A stretch of DNA of 64,000 nt from a virus. Its lineage: Duplodnaviria > Caudoviricetes. The DNA lies in the IMG/VR virus record IMGVR_UViG_2740892469_000001, positions 1 to 64,000 of that record; one strand, given 5' to 3'. The position numbers were made by a program, and so were the translations under genes. Positions 8,238 to 18,246 of this stretch are shown in pieces (positions within the stretch are counted from its first letter, which is position 1; each line of letters opens with the position of its first letter). Below the pieces are notes generated by a model. It made no database searches. It saw only the letters and a program-made list of their open reading frames with translations, and was not told where the DNA came from.

Positions 8238-10460
8238 TTATACTCCCACTGGCTTGAGGTCAAAGCGCTGCGCGATCCCTTGAGACATTGGTCCGTCAGA
8301 ATCGAGGTCTTCCAAAAAGACATCGGTGATGTTTTCACCATTGTCACCTTGGCGCTCTCTCACTTTCGCTCCCTCTGGTGCGCCGTAAATGTTCACCACG
8401 TTACGACCTCCAACGGCCAACCCTGCCTTGGCTGAATCCAAGCTTGGATCATTCATCGCGAACTTCTGACGCTGCATGGCCATGATGGCGCTATACATTT
8501 GGTCGATTCGGTTCGCGGACTCGTTGGTGTAAACGCGCTCACCTGCTTTCAGCGTCCAGTCGGATTCCATTCGGCCACCCAACATCGGCACTTCGGATAT
8601 CCCGTTGTGCGCCATATTCGAGACTGAATCGACTTTGCTGGCCATGGAGATACCAAAGCCCATAGCCGTGCCTGCCGCTGCCGCAGCAAGACCAGGACCG
8701 ACATAAGGAATACCAACCAGAGATTTGTATGCCGCTGACGCTGATTCGTAAGCGTTAAGCATAATTTGGACACGCGCTGCGGTTTTACCAATACGAGCGG
8801 CGTTTTTGTTTTCACTGTTTTGTAGCTGAGAGATTTGACCGAGGAAGTTGCTCATGCCTCGAACGCGCTCTTGCATCAAGCGCTCTTCACGATACGCCCG
8901 TTTTTCAGCTTCGACTTTGGCCTTTTCTGTTTTGGCGTTTTCACTGCGAGCGAATGCATCGACAGAACGTTGCAGCGCCGCTTCTTGCTCTGCTTCAAAC
9001 TCGGCTTGTGATGTTCTAAAAAACTCTTTCTCGCGATCACTGTACTCGGTTTTTAATGCCTCCAAGGTATCAAAACCACGACGCTTCAACTCTTGCTCGG
9101 ACACCTGCATTTCTTCGATGTCACGCAAGCGTTGCTCATGCGCTAACATGAGCTTTTCTCGCTCACTCGCGTACTGCATATCAAGCGACGCTAGGCGCGA
9201 TGCGCCAGAAGACTGCTTGCTTTCTAAACCTGCGGTGTCTTTCGGTAAGACTCTGTCTGGCGTGTCGCCTTCAGGTTTTAAACCTGGTTGCGGCGCGTCA
9301 TAGTTCATGCCAGTTTGCATGATGTTGTAGCGTTTTTGCTGACGCGCTATCTCGGCATCGAGCTCATCAAGTTGCTTTGTTAATCGCCCAAAATCAGAGT
9401 TAAGGTTGAATAACTCGTTTTCACTACGACCAAGAGGGTTAATAGGCAGTAAGCTGTCAACATCAATACTTTCGTACTCTTTAAAGGTACGGTTTACCTC
9501 TTTTAACTCGTCACTAAGCTCTTTTCTCTCAGATCTCAATTCTGACAGCTTTTTGCTTAGTCCATCGACCGTTCTTGGCGTGTCTGACCAACTATCAAAC
9601 AGTGTTCCCCAATAGTCGATTGAGTAAGCCAGCTTATCGCTGAACCAATCAATCTGATCACTGGCTCCAAGCACGGCATTAGCAAAAGAGCGCTGCAGCT
9701 TAAGCCCAGTATCTTTGAGCTTTTGGTCCATCTCTTTGAATTTCTCAATGTCATATTCCGACATGGAGACGTTCAAGTCGTCGTATTTTTTGGTCAACTC
9801 AAAGAGCTTTTGACCTTGATTGTCGAGCAATGGCATCAAGGCCGAGGCATCGTTAGCGATACTCTCCAGATAAAATATCTGGCTTTTCATTGGAACGTTG
9901 GCTTGGTCCATCGCCGTTTTGATGGCAATCAACGCATCGGGACCCGACAGCTCTTGCAGCTTCTCAATGGTCAGTCCGACTGTTGGCGCGATGTTCTCCA
10001 TGAAGTCAGCAAATTCACCACCTTCATTTTCGGTAAAGTCGCCCAGCTTATCGTTCACGTCCTTGAGAATATCAGCCATGTTTTCGCCGCTGATATTGTA
10101 TTGCTCAGAGGCATACGCCAAGGCTTGTATTTGCTGGACCGATACCTGAGCAACGGTGGCCATCTTTTCGATTTCGCGCGCTTGTTGCGCCTGCTGCGTA
10201 ATGAGGTAAGCCGTGGCACCTGTGACGGCACCAATGCCTGCCGAGACATAACCTGCAGCATCTAACACGCCACGACCTGCGTTTTTGGCGCGGTCTGCGG
10301 TTTGCTCTAAAGAACGGCTTAATGATAGGTTTGAGTCGTTCGCCGCTTTGGCTTCTTTGGTGTAGCCGCGCAGCATCTTTTTGGCGTAATCCACGTCTTT
10401 CTGAAACTTGGCGGTTTCAGTATTGAAGCGGATATTAAAATCAGCTATCTGGGCACTCAA
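8238..10460 (-). CDS. Tail tape measure protein
   Basis: 740 aa helical/coiled-coil protein following the G/T chaperones. Confidence 0.9.
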   Translation of the reverse strand: MSAQIADFNIRFNTETAKFQKDVDYAKKMLRGYTKEAKAANDSNLSLSRSLEQTADRAKNAGRGVLDAAGYVSAGIGAVTGATAYLITQQAQQAREIEKMATVAQVSVQQIQALAYASEQYNISGENMADILKDVNDKLGDFTENEGGEFADFMENIAPTVGLTIEKLQELSGPDALIAIKTAMDQANVPMKSQIFYLESIANDASALMPLLDNQGQKLFELTKKYDDLNVSMSEYDIEKFKEMDQKLKDTGLKLQRSFANAVLGASDQIDWFSDKLAYSIDYWGTLFDSWSDTPRTVDGLSKKLSELRSERKELSDELKEVNRTFKEYESIDVDSLLPINPLGRSENELFNLNSDFGRLTKQLDELDAEIARQQKRYNIMQTGMNYDAPQPGLKPEGDTPDRVLPKDTAGLESKQSSGASRLASLDMQYASEREKLMLAHEQRLRDIEEMQVSEQELKRRGFDTLEALKTEYSDREKEFFRTSQAEFEAEQEAALQRSVDAFARSENAKTEKAKVEAEKRAYREERLMQERVRGMSNFLGQISQLQNSENKNAARIGKTAARVQIMLNAYESASAAYKSLVGIPYVGPGLAAAAAGTAMGFGISMASKVDSVSNMAHNGISEVPMLGGRMESDWTLKAGERVYTNESANRIDQMYSAIMAMQRQKFAMNDPSLDSAKAGLAVGGRNVVNIYGAPEGAKVRERQGDNGENITDVFLEDLDSDGPMSQGIAQRFDLKPVGV

Positions 10461-10773
10461 GGCGAACTCCTCCTGCCGACGCGCTCAACGCCATCAGCTC
10501 TTCGTCGGTGTATTCTTTGGATTCTTCTTCGGGATGTTCTAGGGTTGGCAGGAAGTCTTGGTAGCTTCTAAGGGCGCTGTCGTCCTTGCAGCCTGCGGCC
10601 ATGGCCGTGACATTCCAGTTTGAAGAACAGGTCACGGCAAAGCGCAGATTGTCCATCTGGTGCTTAAAGCCGTGTTTTGAAAAGTATTCACGCCACTCCA
10701 CAACGGCTTCGCCGCTAATGGAAGCCAACAAGGTGCGCCAACAGACTTGCCCGAACTCTCGGGCAAGGTCCAT
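10441..10773 (-). CDS. Tail assembly chaperone gpT frame (expressed as a G-T fusion)
   Basis: FAMDLAREFG...WRTLLASIS...W..YF resembles lambda gpT; the frame is open back to the slippery site. Confidence 0.8.
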   Translation of the reverse strand: MDLAREFGQVCWRTLLASISGEAVVEWREYFSKHGFKHQMDNLRFAVTCSSNWNVTAMAAGCKDDSALRSYQDFLPTLEHPEEESKEYTDEELMALSASAGGVRLECPDS

Positions 10774-10796
10774 GGCAAACTCAATTTCATCCCGAA

Positions 10797-11279
10797 TTAG
10801 ACTTTTGGGTCGGTGGGCTCCTGAGTGGTGGTGTCTTCCGTTGTGGCGTTTTCAGCGGTAGTGGTGGCTTCCGAGCCATCTGATGAGGCGGTTTCTTCTT
10901 GCGCAGGCACTGGCAAGCCTGAGAAAGAAGCGATTTCATAGTGAAGCGTTTCAACCTGCTCTGGCGTCATGAGTGACATGATCTGTTTGTGTCGTTCATC
11001 GATGTCTTCCACGCCATCACGATAGCCATACGCCACCAATCGAGCTTGTACAAGAAAGTTGATACGGAACCATTTCTTCGTGTACTTGTTCAACTCGACC
11101 AGGTAATTATCTTGCTCCGACTCACTGGCGGACTCATCCGGTTTGGCTGGTCGTTCTGGTTCCGGAATTTCTGAACAATAGTCCATAAAATCCAGTCTTT
11201 CTAAACCAGACAACTGAGTGATGGTGACGCTTATGTCATCGACAGGTACGGTTTTTGTTTTCAAAAAAAGCTGGGTCAT
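10797..11279 (-). CDS. Tail assembly chaperone gpG
   Basis: FLKT...VTITQLSGLERLDF as in lambda gpG; position after the tube gene. Confidence 0.85.
   Translation of the reverse strand: MTQLFLKTKTVPVDDISVTITQLSGLERLDFMDYCSEIPEPERPAKPDESASESEQDNYLVELNKYTKKWFRINFLVQARLVAYGYRDGVEDIDERHKQIMSLMTPEQVETLHYEIASFSGLPVPAQEETASSDGSEATTTAENATTEDTTTQEPTDPKV
10803..10809 (-). other. -1 ribosomal frameshift slippery site C-CCA-AAA
   Basis: XXXYYYZ heptamer just before the gpG stop; the -1 frame reads into gpT. Confidence 0.75.
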
Positions 11280-11281
11280 GA

Positions 11282-11779
11282 TTATGCTCCTGCGCCAGCG
11301 GCTTGTTCAGCAATCAGCATTTCCGCGAGTTTTGGCTTGCCAACGTTTTTGAATTTAACTGAGCGAGTGATTTTCTCTTTAATCGTCACCGCTTTACCCA
11401 ATGAGTTGATGTAGCCCGAATACGCATCCACCGTGCCATTCGGGTATTTGGCGCGGTACTCGGTCACTACGCCTTTGTCTACATCATCAATGAGCTGCTG
11501 TTGGCCAGGCTCTCCTGGCTTCCAAACGATAGTTAAATTGGTTTCTCCTGCTGACTTTTGACCTGGCGTTGTTTTAGCCCAATCAGACTCAGGATCGTCT
11601 AGGTAGTTATCTTCTTCGTCTTCCACGGTGATTTCACCTGGTTGAAGCTCTTTAACGCCGCCTAACTTGTCCCATTTGTCGTCATTAAGGTAATCTGCAG
11701 GCGTTTGCAGTTCTTGGTTGTCTTTCAATCGCCAGAACGTAGTGCCAGCGCCTTTGATTGCTTGAGTTGGGTCCGACAT
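11282..11779 (-). CDS. Major tail tube protein (lambda gpV-like, no C-terminal Ig domain)
   Basis: IKGAGTTFW...PGEIT...GQKSAGETNLTIVWKPGEPGQQ...YPNGTVD. Confidence 0.9.
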   Translation of the reverse strand: MSDPTQAIKGAGTTFWRLKDNQELQTPADYLNDDKWDKLGGVKELQPGEITVEDEEDNYLDDPESDWAKTTPGQKSAGETNLTIVWKPGEPGQQQLIDDVDKGVVTEYRAKYPNGTVDAYSGYINSLGKAVTIKEKITRSVKFKNVGKPKLAEMLIAEQAAGAGA

Positions 11780-11781
11780 GA

Positions 11782-12237
11782 TTAAACCTCTTCGGTGTAT
11801 TCAATAGTAAATGCCAAGTCCAGCGTTCCCCATGGCTGCTCTTCGTCTTGTGCGTATCCAAACGATTGACGATTACAGAGGTCGAGAAGACCGTTGGCGG
11901 TGTAATGTTTGGTGATGATCTTGAGAACTTCTTCACCTAATGCGTCGAGCTCTTGCTCCGTGTTGTTGTCTGCAACCAGGTAGATTCTGATAGTCAGCTC
12001 AGAGCGCCATGTGATCTCTTCAAAATCTTCTTCAACACATTGACCTTCGGAAACGGAGACTGAAATGGCAGGGATGTCAGTATCATTCTCTTTAGCTTCA
12101 AATTCGGGAACCGCGATGTATCTGGGGTTGCCATTAAAAAACGTTGCGATGATTGACTCGCCAGTCTCATCGACTAACCCTGCTTTCAAATCAGCAACGA
12201 CTTGTTTGCGTATAGTGTTGTTAATTTCCACGACCAA
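11782..12237 (-). CDS. Tail terminator (gpU-like)
   Basis: IRKQVV...PAISV...W...LTIRIYL...ELD; position. Confidence 0.8.
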   Translation of the reverse strand: MVVEINNTIRKQVVADLKAGLVDETGESIIATFFNGNPRYIAVPEFEAKENDTDIPAISVSVSEGQCVEEDFEEITWRSELTIRIYLVADNNTEQELDALGEEVLKIITKHYTANGLLDLCNRQSFGYAQDEEQPWGTLDLAFTIEYTEEV

Positions 12238-12853
12238 CCTCTCTGCGAATAACCAAGCGGATTTGTTGCTTCATCGCGCTGGACAGCTCTTTTTTCATGT
12301 CCGTTCTAAGCAACTCATCGCTGTGCTTTTTAAATGCTTTGGTGATTTCATTCACGATTGGCACCTTGCACACTTTGATGGGGTGCCTTGCATCCGAGAC
12401 ACGTTGCATGATGTGCCAACGACCGTTCTTCAGCTTTTGTAAGAAGGCATTCTCGAATCGGTGCCGACCGACAACAATGGCGGTGTTACCGGATAACTCT
12501 CGCTTTTGGTAACGACCATTTCGGCCTCGGTTAACTCGGCTGATTTGGTATTGCCCTCGCTTGCGCCGAATTTGGGTTCTAGCCGTATCGATAGAGATGG
12601 CAGGAACATCGAACCTGCGCACTCTGACAAAAGCCACTGGCATTTTCCCTGTGGCCTTTTTTGTTATCGACGCGCGAGGGCGAATAACTTTTTGCTTGAT
12701 ACGAACGGCTTTTGCGGTGTCTTTCACTGACCGAGAAACAGCTCGAGCAGCCACACGGTTAATCGCCATTGCACTGGCTTTCGGTACCGCGTTACTTTGT
12801 AATGAGGAAAGGTTTTTAACGGCTAGCGCCAATTCCCGATCAATGCTATTCAT
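12221..12853 (-). CDS. Minor tail protein (gpZ-like)
   Basis: AVPKASAMAINRVA...AFLQKLKNGRWHIMQR...PIKVCKVP. Confidence 0.85.
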   Translation of the reverse strand: MNSIDRELALAVKNLSSLQSNAVPKASAMAINRVAARAVSRSVKDTAKAVRIKQKVIRPRASITKKATGKMPVAFVRVRRFDVPAISIDTARTQIRRKRGQYQISRVNRGRNGRYQKRELSGNTAIVVGRHRFENAFLQKLKNGRWHIMQRVSDARHPIKVCKVPIVNEITKAFKKHSDELLRTDMKKELSSAMKQQIRLVIRREVGRGN

Positions 12854-13140
12854 AAGATCACCACAATATTTCCGTCTTCTGGATAAGGGCCACTGGTGAC
12901 AGTGAGCTTTCTGCCCGAGGAAACGAACTCGATAGGTGTTCCCTTCTTCGGTCTGACATTGTCTGCTTTCTTAAATGTCAGCTTGCGAGCGATGCCTGCC
13001 ATAGCGTCAAACTGGTTTAGGGATTCGTCATAAATGGCTTTGATAGGTTCTCCACCATTGACTTTCACCCAAACACCAAACGCTTCAGAAACCGTGTTAT
13101 CCACCTCTTCCATTAACTGGTCGAATTCGTTATCAAACAT
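12850..13140 (-). CDS. Head-tail joining protein (gpFII-like)
   Basis: Position and size; N-terminus FDNEFDQLMEEVD. Confidence 0.7.
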   Translation of the reverse strand: MFDNEFDQLMEEVDNTVSEAFGVWVKVNGGEPIKAIYDESLNQFDAMAGIARKLTFKKADNVRPKKGTPIEFVSSGRKLTVTSGPYPEDGNIVVIL

Positions 13141-13148
13141 AAGCGGCC

Positions 13149-13652
13149 TTACATCGTCGCGACGAAATACGCCAAGCCTGCGTCCACCGCTTCCATCGCG
13201 GTTTCTTCATCTAAAAACGGCTTATCGCCACGTTTGAGCAGCACCGTCTTTTGGCCTTGCAAACACTGAAACGGCTTATCCACGAGAACTTGCACATTGC
13301 CTTTTTCATCGGCGTTGACTTCTGGCGGCTCACCATCGTCTAGAACCGTGGCATCATCGGGTAATTCGACCGCAGCACCGATAAGCACTTCCGATTGTTC
13401 GCTGGTTTGACTCTCGGTTTGTTCGCTTTGATCACCGGCAGTATGGTTAGCGTCATTTCCTTGCGTTTGCGACTGTGCTTCATCATCGGATTCGTCCATG
13501 TCTGGTAACTTGGCTTCCAAATCGTCAATGACTTTATTTAGCTGAGGTTCGGTCGTTTTGTCTGAATATTGCGGTTCAGTAATACCGAGCTCTTTGCAAA
13601 GCTCATCAACACGTTTTTTCAGGTTTTCTTTTCGGCTCATGATTGGCTCCAA
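13149..13652 (-). CDS. DNA packaging chaperone (gpFI-like)
   Basis: Directly after the capsid gene; KENLKKRVDELCKELG N-terminus, acidic linker, AVDAGLA end. Confidence 0.65.
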   Translation of the reverse strand: MEPIMSRKENLKKRVDELCKELGITEPQYSDKTTEPQLNKVIDDLEAKLPDMDESDDEAQSQTQGNDANHTAGDQSEQTESQTSEQSEVLIGAAVELPDDATVLDDGEPPEVNADEKGNVQVLVDKPFQCLQGQKTVLLKRGDKPFLDEETAMEAVDAGLAYFVATM

Positions 13653-13655
13653 AGT

Positions 13656-13680
13656 AAAAATGGGTCCGTGGACCCATTTT
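13656..13680 (-). terminator. Terminator-like hairpin after the major capsid gene
   Basis: AAAATGGGTCC-GT-GGACCCATTTT. Confidence 0.5.
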
Positions 13681-13704
13681 GCTTTTCGTTAGTGGTGGTC
13701 AGGA

Positions 13705-14742
13705 TTAACCGACTTTGACGACAACAACTTTGTTAACGTCAATGAGGTACATCGCAGGGGCGGCTTCCGTTTTGGTATAGCGAACTTCTGGATCGCCATT
13801 TTCCGTCCAATCTTTCACGTAGCGTTCGGCTTCATCAAAGCCTTCACGCTGAGCGGATAAGTCTTGGATTTGACCGTACAGACGCGCACCGCGCAGTTCG
13901 GTATGCGCCAAAATCAACGTGAAGTCGCGTTGAACTTTCTTCGTTGTGCCGTCACGGTCGATGTACTCTTCATCCACCACGATGATGGTGACATCGCCAA
14001 GATTGCCTTTAACGCTAACCGTTGCACCTAAGTCTTTTAGCGCGGTTTCCAGCTGAGAGTTAGAGCCACGTCGAGTTTCCAGCGCGTCATTGAACTTCTT
14101 GAACTTACGCATCAGTGCCCACGTTTTAGGATCGGTAATGATGACATTCGTCAGGCCTTCAGAAATCGCCGCCCAAGCTTCAATGTCACCAACGATGTCG
14201 TAGGTAGCAAAGTCTTGATTCGCCCACTGAGCTGCCGAAAGAAGCGTGATCATGTTGTCCGCATTTCGGCCTGCATCAATTTCGTAAGGCGTTTCAATGT
14301 AAGGGCTGTCGATCACGGTTTTACCGTCGTAGACCATCTCGGCACACATCAGCTCTTCACGGTCACGAACCGCTTGCTCTTCGATGTCGAGGTTTTGCAT
14401 CACAATCGCGTTTTGACGGTCGCCTGCCGACATAGAGCCTGTGATTGGCTCACCTGGGCGACGTTTTACGCTTTGGTTAGCGGTAACTGCATGCTTGGAC
14501 TTCACGTATGCAGGTTTGAAGCTTGAAGTTTTAAAACCTTGGTTGCGATCCACGGCCGCACCAATCATCGGTGAGCAGAAAGCTGCAATCTTGGTTTTAT
14601 TTGGGATCATGTCGAGGTCGACTTTTTCCGTGGCAAAGGTGTACATCTCACGGAAGAAGAAGCGCATGAAGAAGTTATCGCGGCGAATCCCTGCTTCTTG
14701 AATGGCTCCAAGCAGTTCGCGAGTGGTGTAATTATCAGACAT
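13705..14742 (-). CDS. Major capsid protein (lambda gpE-like)
   Basis: YTTRELL...FFMRFFFRE...IAAFCSP...TSSFKPAYVKSKH. Confidence 0.95.
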   Translation of the reverse strand: MSDNYTTRELLGAIQEAGIRRDNFFMRFFFREMYTFATEKVDLDMIPNKTKIAAFCSPMIGAAVDRNQGFKTSSFKPAYVKSKHAVTANQSVKRRPGEPITGSMSAGDRQNAIVMQNLDIEEQAVRDREELMCAEMVYDGKTVIDSPYIETPYEIDAGRNADNMITLLSAAQWANQDFATYDIVGDIEAWAAISEGLTNVIITDPKTWALMRKFKKFNDALETRRGSNSQLETALKDLGATVSVKGNLGDVTIIVVDEEYIDRDGTTKKVQRDFTLILAHTELRGARLYGQIQDLSAQREGFDEAERYVKDWTENGDPEVRYTKTEAAPAMYLIDVNKVVVVKVG

Positions 14743-14780
14743 ATGAAGCTCTTTTTTCTGAATTCAAAGAAAACGACGAA

Positions 14781-15122
14781 TTAGTATTCGTCGTCTACGA
14801 AAACTGGACTACCTAGGAAAGCAGCGCGTTTTTGCTTGTTGGTTGTGACCGCATCAGGCCAGTTCACAAAACCGATACGAAAGCCACCCTGTAGGTAAAC
14901 TGTCGATTCTTGGTCGCTGCCTGTATTCGTCACATCACGAGCCGAGATAGCGATGGCTTTGCCTGGTGTACCGTCCCATTCCACCAAAGTGGCGGCGTCA
15001 GTCGCGTCGGCCATTAATGGGGTTCGAGCAGGAAAAGATACGCCCGTTTTGATGGTTGCTCGCGCCGTGACTGGTGCGCTAATAAACAGCTCATCTGGTG
15101 TGTATTCTGTTTGTTCTAACAT
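14781..15122 (-). CDS. Head decoration protein (gpD-like)
   Basis: TPLMAD...LVEWDG...G.F....VNWP...KRAAF.GS. Confidence 0.85.
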   Translation of the reverse strand: MLEQTEYTPDELFISAPVTARATIKTGVSFPARTPLMADATDAATLVEWDGTPGKAIAISARDVTNTGSDQESTVYLQGGFRIGFVNWPDAVTTNKQKRAAFLGSPVFVDDEY

Positions 15123-15135
15123 GCGAGTTTCCTTG

Positions 15136-15579
15136 TTAAATGCGTGTGTATGAAGACGCTAGCGCTTTGATGTTCTTTTGTTCTTCGGTGACATCACCGG
15201 AACCAACATCATCACCAAGAGGCTCACCGTGCTCTGAGGCCAGTGCCATTAATGCCGACTCGTTTTGCGCAGTGGCACTAACTGGTACTGAAGCAAGCAA
15301 GGCCTTTGCTTCATCGACGCTAATTTTGGGATTACTGGCAAGTTGCTGCGCGAGCGCTTCACGCCCTTTGGCTTCTTCTAGGCCAATAATGCCCATGCAG
15401 CGTTCACGCTCTTTTGTGGCTGGGTCCGTGGACTCATCACTTTGCGCGCTCGCTTGTGGCTGTTCTGGAGTGGATTGCTGTTCTTCAGTTGGAGTTTGCG
15501 GAGTCGCTGGAGCAGCGGCTTGTTGTGGATTGCCTTGCTCACCCGTTGCGACTGGTTGTTGTTCTGCTTGCACCGTCAT
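15136..15579 (-). CDS. Nested scaffold protein (Nu3-like), in frame within the protease gene
   Basis: Internal GGAG RBS plus in-frame ATG (MTVQAEQQP...); ERERCMGII.LEEAKGRE motif. Confidence 0.6.
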   Translation of the reverse strand: MTVQAEQQPVATGEQGNPQQAAAPATPQTPTEEQQSTPEQPQASAQSDESTDPATKERERCMGIIGLEEAKGREALAQQLASNPKISVDEAKALLASVPVSATAQNESALMALASEHGEPLGDDVGSGDVTEEQKNIKALASSYTRI

Positions 15580-16488
15580 AGCGGCTCCCATATCAAAGGT
15601 GGTTTGTTGTTTCTTGAACTGTTCAGCCATTATCTGAACGGCATCAAGACCGTTAACGACTTCGTTTGCGAAGCCAACATCCACTGCAGCTTGGCCTTCG
15701 TAGACCTGCGCCTCAGTCGATAGAATGGTTTTAATGTCGACGCCCATGTACTCGGCGGCTTTACCTGCGAACATTTGACGTGTGCTCTCTGCTTCGGATT
15801 GCCATTTTTCTCGCACCTCTTTCGGCAGAGATTGGTAAGGGTTGCCATCGGCTTTATGGTCACCTGCCGTCACAAGGGTGATTTCCACGCCTTGCTGATC
15901 CAGCATCTTCTCGATGTTGGTGTGCGCCATAATCACGCCCACCGAACCTGCTATGCCCGTTTGAGTTATGAGGCGCCTTGAACACGCACTCGCAATCATT
16001 TGGCCAGCACTGCAGTGCATGTCGTAACCGAGGGACCAGATAGGCTTGATTTTGCGCATCTCTGCGATTTTGTCGGCCAAGTCAAAGCAACCTGCGACCA
16101 TGCCGCCTGGTGTGTTCATATCCAGCAAAATGGCTTTGACTTCGGGGTCTGCGACCGCTTCTCGCAAGCGGTGCATAATGCCGTCGTACCCTGTCATCCC
16201 CGAGTAGGGTTTGATGTGGCCATACTTATGAACCAACGAACCATCAATCGGAATGATGGCGATACCCTGAGAGACTTGATAGCTGCGGTTACTGCTGCGA
16301 GTCCGAGAGAAGCCAGAAGCGACTTTTTTCATGTCGTTCTCGCGCAGGATTTGCCCTTCGGTGTCGGTGATCTGGACCACATTGCCGAGACGTTGGCTGA
16401 GCGCCGAGAAAAATACCCGAGCGTAACCAGCTTCTAAGGCGAGCGGCCTGTTGAATGTGTTGCTGATTAGGTGTTGTAAGTTATTCAT
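15136..16488 (-). CDS. S49 prohead protease (gpC-like)
   Basis: SGMTGYDGI, LDMNTPGGMVAG, CSAGQMIASAC and GSVGV motifs. Confidence 0.92.
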   Translation of the reverse strand: MNNLQHLISNTFNRPLALEAGYARVFFSALSQRLGNVVQITDTEGQILRENDMKKVASGFSRTRSSNRSYQVSQGIAIIPIDGSLVHKYGHIKPYSGMTGYDGIMHRLREAVADPEVKAILLDMNTPGGMVAGCFDLADKIAEMRKIKPIWSLGYDMHCSAGQMIASACSRRLITQTGIAGSVGVIMAHTNIEKMLDQQGVEITLVTAGDHKADGNPYQSLPKEVREKWQSEAESTRQMFAGKAAEYMGVDIKTILSTEAQVYEGQAAVDVGFANEVVNGLDAVQIMAEQFKKQQTTFDMGAAMTVQAEQQPVATGEQGNPQQAAAPATPQTPTEEQQSTPEQPQASAQSDESTDPATKERERCMGIIGLEEAKGREALAQQLASNPKISVDEAKALLASVPVSATAQNESALMALASEHGEPLGDDVGSGDVTEEQKNIKALASSYTRI

Positions 16489-18037
16489 TTGAACTCTCGC
16501 TTGGGTTATCCGGTGCTAACGCTTGTAGCTTCATCCAGCTTGGCGGTGGTAAGCCTTTCGATTTGCGCTCTTCCATCTCTGCCAACTGTTGATCAAAGAT
16601 TTCTTGATAGTCTTCACCGAGTAGCGCGAGCTCTTTCTCATACGTCGATAGACCTGAGTCGATACGCAGTACGGCTTCTTTGACTTCTTTCAATCCATCA
16701 ATGGCCAGTCGACCAGAGCCAATCCAGTCACACTTGGTCCAAGCGTTGCGGCGTTCGTAGAAGTTGAATCGCGCTTTGCTTGGCAGCTTGATGTAGCCAC
16801 GCAAGATCATTTCTTCGAACATGAGTGCGAAGATTTGGCTGGCGAATCGGTTAGCAATGATTTTTCGTCGACCCATGAAGTAACGCCATGAATCGTTGTG
16901 CGAAGCACGAATGGTGCTGTAAGACATTTGCGCGTAATTGCGCGACAGCTGCGCGTAATCCACGCCCAATCCAGCCGCAACGTAGCGGATGATGGATTGC
17001 TCCAAGGCCGCGAATCCGTTATCGGCGTTCCCTGCGCTGTGCAGGTTGATTTTGTCACCTGGCATAAGGTGAGGCAGTTTGACGCCGTTGAACTTGACCT
17101 CGTTGTTGGCGTAGTAATCGCCGTAGGTCATTAGCATCTTTTCGACCGCACCATTTTGCTGCGCACCGAACAAGTACTCCATCGCTTGGTCCGTTCCAAG
17201 CTCTGACTCGATACTGGCGGCGTACATGGCGTTGACAATCGCTCGCTGTAACGTGGTGTTCTGTAAGGTGTCGAGCATCTTCAATTGCTCTAAACACGAT
17301 AAGAACTTATTCACGCCACGACATTGCCCACCTTCCGATGGCTCAAAGATATGCAAGAACCCCATGCGCCCCGAGCGTAAACGCTTCGGTACTTCACGCC
17401 ATTTCTTTGGCGAGCCAAAGTTATCGGCCCCTTCTTCAATGAAGTAGGAAATGGCTTCGCCATGTCGATTGAAGCGCATCCCACCACGCTGATGGGGTTT
17501 GTCCATCATGTAGTTGGGGTTGTTAACCTTGCGTGGCGCGACCATGCGAATGCAGGTTGAAAAGTGCGAATGGCGACGGTCTATCCATTCGGGCTTCGCC
17601 ATGATTTCGCCTGTGTGAGCATGGGTTTCAATGCCCTCTCGCATCATCATGGTGAACGTGCGGCGACCTTCTGCGTCGATAAAGCAGTTCGGGTCTTCGG
17701 CGATGTCACGAAAAATGGCTTCCACTTCACGCACGAACCCTTTGTCTGGATCGATGCCGAGCAATAGCCAGTTTGGTTTGTAACTGAGGCGAAACTCAGA
17801 GCCAATGATGTGGTCTTTGTGTAGCTGGATGCCGTTTGCAGCAATACCGTTATTGCGCGTGACATCGTCTGTTCTGGCGTTCGCCTGTCTCATGACAGGC
17901 AAGAAAGCAGCGTCTACCGATTTTGACGGAGGGTTCCAATCGCTCATCTGGCCACCAAACCCTGAACCGCCAGCTCGATACACCGCATCTCTTAATGGTG
18001 TTTGACCATCTGCAGCCAGTAGTCCGGTGTGTGTCAT
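16481..18037 (-). CDS. Portal protein (lambda gpB-like)
   Basis: ARTDDVTRNNGIAANGIQLHKDHIIG...IDGLKEVKEAVLRIDSGLSTYEKE. Confidence 0.95.
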   Translation of the reverse strand: MTHTGLLAADGQTPLRDAVYRAGGSGFGGQMSDWNPPSKSVDAAFLPVMRQANARTDDVTRNNGIAANGIQLHKDHIIGSEFRLSYKPNWLLLGIDPDKGFVREVEAIFRDIAEDPNCFIDAEGRRTFTMMMREGIETHAHTGEIMAKPEWIDRRHSHFSTCIRMVAPRKVNNPNYMMDKPHQRGGMRFNRHGEAISYFIEEGADNFGSPKKWREVPKRLRSGRMGFLHIFEPSEGGQCRGVNKFLSCLEQLKMLDTLQNTTLQRAIVNAMYAASIESELGTDQAMEYLFGAQQNGAVEKMLMTYGDYYANNEVKFNGVKLPHLMPGDKINLHSAGNADNGFAALEQSIIRYVAAGLGVDYAQLSRNYAQMSYSTIRASHNDSWRYFMGRRKIIANRFASQIFALMFEEMILRGYIKLPSKARFNFYERRNAWTKCDWIGSGRLAIDGLKEVKEAVLRIDSGLSTYEKELALLGEDYQEIFDQQLAEMEERKSKGLPPPSWMKLQALAPDNPSESSNE

Positions 18038-18246
18038 TAGAATGAAACTCCTGCAGGGCCGCGACGACGAACTGAGCTCAATCCTAACTGTCCACGCAAA
18101 TCATCAATGTAGGCGCGAAGTTCATGGATGTTGGCTCGACTGTATTCAACTTTGCGGTCTCCTTTCTGTACGGAAACCGCCATCTTTCCTGTTTGCAAGC
18201 TATGAAAGGCGGCTTCGGCCTGTTGCAACATTTCTTGTTTTGTCAT
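18037..18246 (-). CDS. Head-tail adaptor (gpW-like)
   Basis: AFHSLQTGKMAVSVQKGDRKVEY...LRAYIDDL...RRRGPAG. Confidence 0.92.
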   Translation of the reverse strand: MTKQEMLQQAEAAFHSLQTGKMAVSVQKGDRKVEYSRANIHELRAYIDDLRGQLGLSSVRRRGPAGVSF

